Shown one piece after another: positions 61,655-64,000 of a DNA stretch of 64,000 nt. The stretch covers positions 129,272,001 to 129,336,000 of the forward strand of contig NC_086097.1 of NCBI RefSeq assembly GCF_963921235.1, given 5' to 3'. Position 1 is the first letter of the stretch; each line of letters opens with the position of its first letter. A program made the position numbers and the translations under genes. Below the pieces are notes generated by a model that saw only the letters and a list, made by a program, of their open reading frames with translations, did not search any database and was not told where the DNA came from. The stretch is from Mobula hypostoma (Eukaryota).

Positions 61655-62988
61655 ACAATCATACCCTCAGTTCTAATCAAAAATCTCCAAACCTGGGCCT
61701 CTGTACCTCCCTCTGAAACTGAATCCTTGTCTTCTTCACTGGGACACCATAGCCTGTGTGGATTGGAAATAACATCAGAATCGGGTTTATTATCACCAGC
61801 ATGTGTTGTGAAATTTGTGAATGTAGCAGCAGCAGTTCAATACAATACATGATAATATAGAAAGCAGAAAAAAATAAATAAGTAAATCAATCACAGTAAG
61901 TATATATATATATTAGATTAAAAATAGTGCAAGACAAAAATAATACATATTAAAAAAGTGAGGTACTGCTCATGGGTTCAATGTCCATTTAGGAATTGTA
62001 TGGCAGAGGGGAAGGAGCTGTACATCTCCTCTTCGCTGATGATCAACACTGGCACACAGCAAGGATGTATGCTTAGCCCACAGCTCTACTCTCTTTATAC
62101 CCATGACCATGTGGCTAGCACAGCTGAATTGTCATCAATGTTTGCCAACGACACAACTGTTGCAGGCAGAATTTCAGACGGTGACGAGGAGGGATACCAG
62201 AGTGAGATAGATCAGCTGGTTGAGTGGTGTCACAACAACAACCTTGTACTCAACGTTAGTAATTCGAAGGAATTGATTGTGGACTTCATGAAGGGGAAGT
62301 CAAGGGAACACGTGCCAGTCCTCATCAAGGTATCAGATGTGGGATGGATGAGCAGTTTCAAGATCGTGGGTGTCAACATCTCTGAGGATCTATTTTGGAC
62401 CAAACATATTGATGCAATTTCAAAGAAAACATGACAGTGGCTATAATTCATTAGAAGATTGGGGAGAATTGGTATGTCACCTAAAGGCACTACAAATTTC
62501 TGCAGATATGCCGTGGAGAGCATTCTAACTGATTGCATTACCATCTGGCATGAAGGGGCCACTGCACAGGATCACAAAAAGCTTCAGAAAGTTGTAAGCT
62601 CAGCCAGCTCCATCATGGGCACTAGTCTCCCAAGCATCCAAAGCACCTTCTAAGGGTGATGTCTCAAAAAGGCAGCATCCATCATTCAGGATATGTCCTC
62701 TTCTCATTGCAACCATCAAGGAGGAGATACAGGAGCATGAAAACACACACACTGCATTTCAGGAACACATTCTTCCGCTCCGCCATCAGATATCTGAACA
62801 GACAATGAACTCATGAACACCTCCTTGGTATTTTTTCTCCTTGTTTTGCACTACTTATTTAATTAAATAGTTATATATACTTCGTATTGTAATCTACGAT
62901 TTTTATTACTATATACGTATTGCGATGTACTGCTGCCACAAAACAACAAATTTCACAGCATATCCTAGTGATATTAAGCCTAATTCTT
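61655..62988 (+). mobile_element. Rex1/Babar-type LINE RT fragment interrupted by an antisense 3' end (61778-62021)
   Basis: INTGTQQGCMLSPQLYSLYTHD...FANDTTVAGRI...LNVSNSKELIVDF; stops and frameshifts present. Confidence 0.88.
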
Positions 62989-63529
62989 GTGGGTCTCCTC
63001 TGGTCCTTCTTCAGAGCCAACACATCTTTGCTTGTGGATACTGGTCCAAAGATTACTCAAATTATTCTAAATATGATCTGTCCAATGCCTTATAAAGCCT
63101 TGTAAGTCCCTTTGCAACTCCAATTTCTGGATTTTATCCCCAGTTAGTCTGTATTTTCTTTCCTCTTGAGTACATAACCCCACACTTCCCTACTCTGAGT
63201 TCCATCTTCCACTCCTTTGCTCATTCTACCAACCTGTTCAAGTCATTGTGCAGACTCCCTGCCTCTGTGACACAACCTGTCCCTCCACCTCTTTTGGCAT
63301 CATCTTGGGTCTGCACCAGTACATTCAAACTAGAGCATGTAAGTCCAATGTAATTGTTTCACCTTTGTAGGCAATGACCATGATGAGAGGGTTGAGATCA
63401 TTCAGTGTACTGAGTCAGGAGAGAAGTCTTGTGGAAAGTCACAAGTCAGAGAATCAGTACTTTTCTCTCCCTTCATATGGAACAGGATGCACATTTAACC
63501 CCATTTCAAAATGACAGGTACACAAGAAA

Positions 63530-63890
63530 ATATCTTGCATTTCTCCAGGACGATCCCAGAGTGTTTCATAGCCAATGAACTCTTGTGATTTAGGAAATGT
63601 GACTGTCAATTTGTGCACAGCAAGATCCCATATAATCATGATGATTGAGAGATAAATATTTGTGTCCAGGTCATCAGGGAGAACTCTGCCCGTTCTTTCT
63701 AATATTCCCCCAACTCTTATTCAAAATAATCCCATGAGATCACATACATTGCCTTGGTTTACTCTTTTATGTTTGCACGAGTTCCAAATAAAATCATCAG
63801 TGTGTCATGGGGTTTTCATTTTGTCATTTTTCTCAGCTTCTTCCTTGTGTTGTCAACTCACTCAGAGCTCCAGTGATGAATGCCTCCTCT
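63530..63890 (-). mobile_element. Deu-domain SINE remnant
   Basis: CAATTTGTGCACAGCAAGATCCCA...GATAAATATTTGTGTCCAGG resembles the reverse complement of the Deu domain. Confidence 0.65.
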
Positions 63891-64000
63891 CAGGTGCTAG
63901 AGGATATTAAACAAGCATCAAAACCAATGCAGAGTTTCAACCCTGAAACATTGACAATTCCTTCCACCACAGACATTGCTCATCCCTCTGAGCTCCTCCA

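Noticed and set aside
1..64000. Prokaryotic-type systems (operons, CRISPR arrays, rRNA)
   Set aside because: No gene-dense regions, no regularly spaced repeat-spacer arrays, no rRNA-like sequence; content is vertebrate repeat DNA.

Overview
Eukaryotic, AT-rich, repeat-dense genomic DNA with no recognisable host protein-coding gene; it is probably intronic or intergenic. The repeat content (many CR1 LINEs, V-SINE and Deu-domain SINEs, Rex1/Babar-type LINEs, RTE, L2, Penelope-like elements, a Gypsy chromovirus remnant, Tc1/mariner and hAT MITEs) fits a cartilaginous fish, probably a ray. That assignment is inferred from repeat families. All ORFs I can identify are decayed transposon fragments. 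The strongest signal is a young Penelope-like family inserted as fold-back (inverted-repeat) copies with 14-15 bp target-site duplications. Its 3' repeat carries a minimal type I hammerhead ribozyme motif with a palindromic ACGU in place of stem III; two motif copies are intact and several are decayed or truncated. In one 190-bp copy the inversion junction falls at the predicted cleavage site. Other points of interest are a double-TIR palindromic mariner MITE, a composite Tc1 MITE with captured retroelement sequence, a bipartite non-autonomous LINE derivative, several repeat-free enhancer-like islands and three weak exon candidates. Family names come from recognition by eye, and boundaries of old repeats are approximate.
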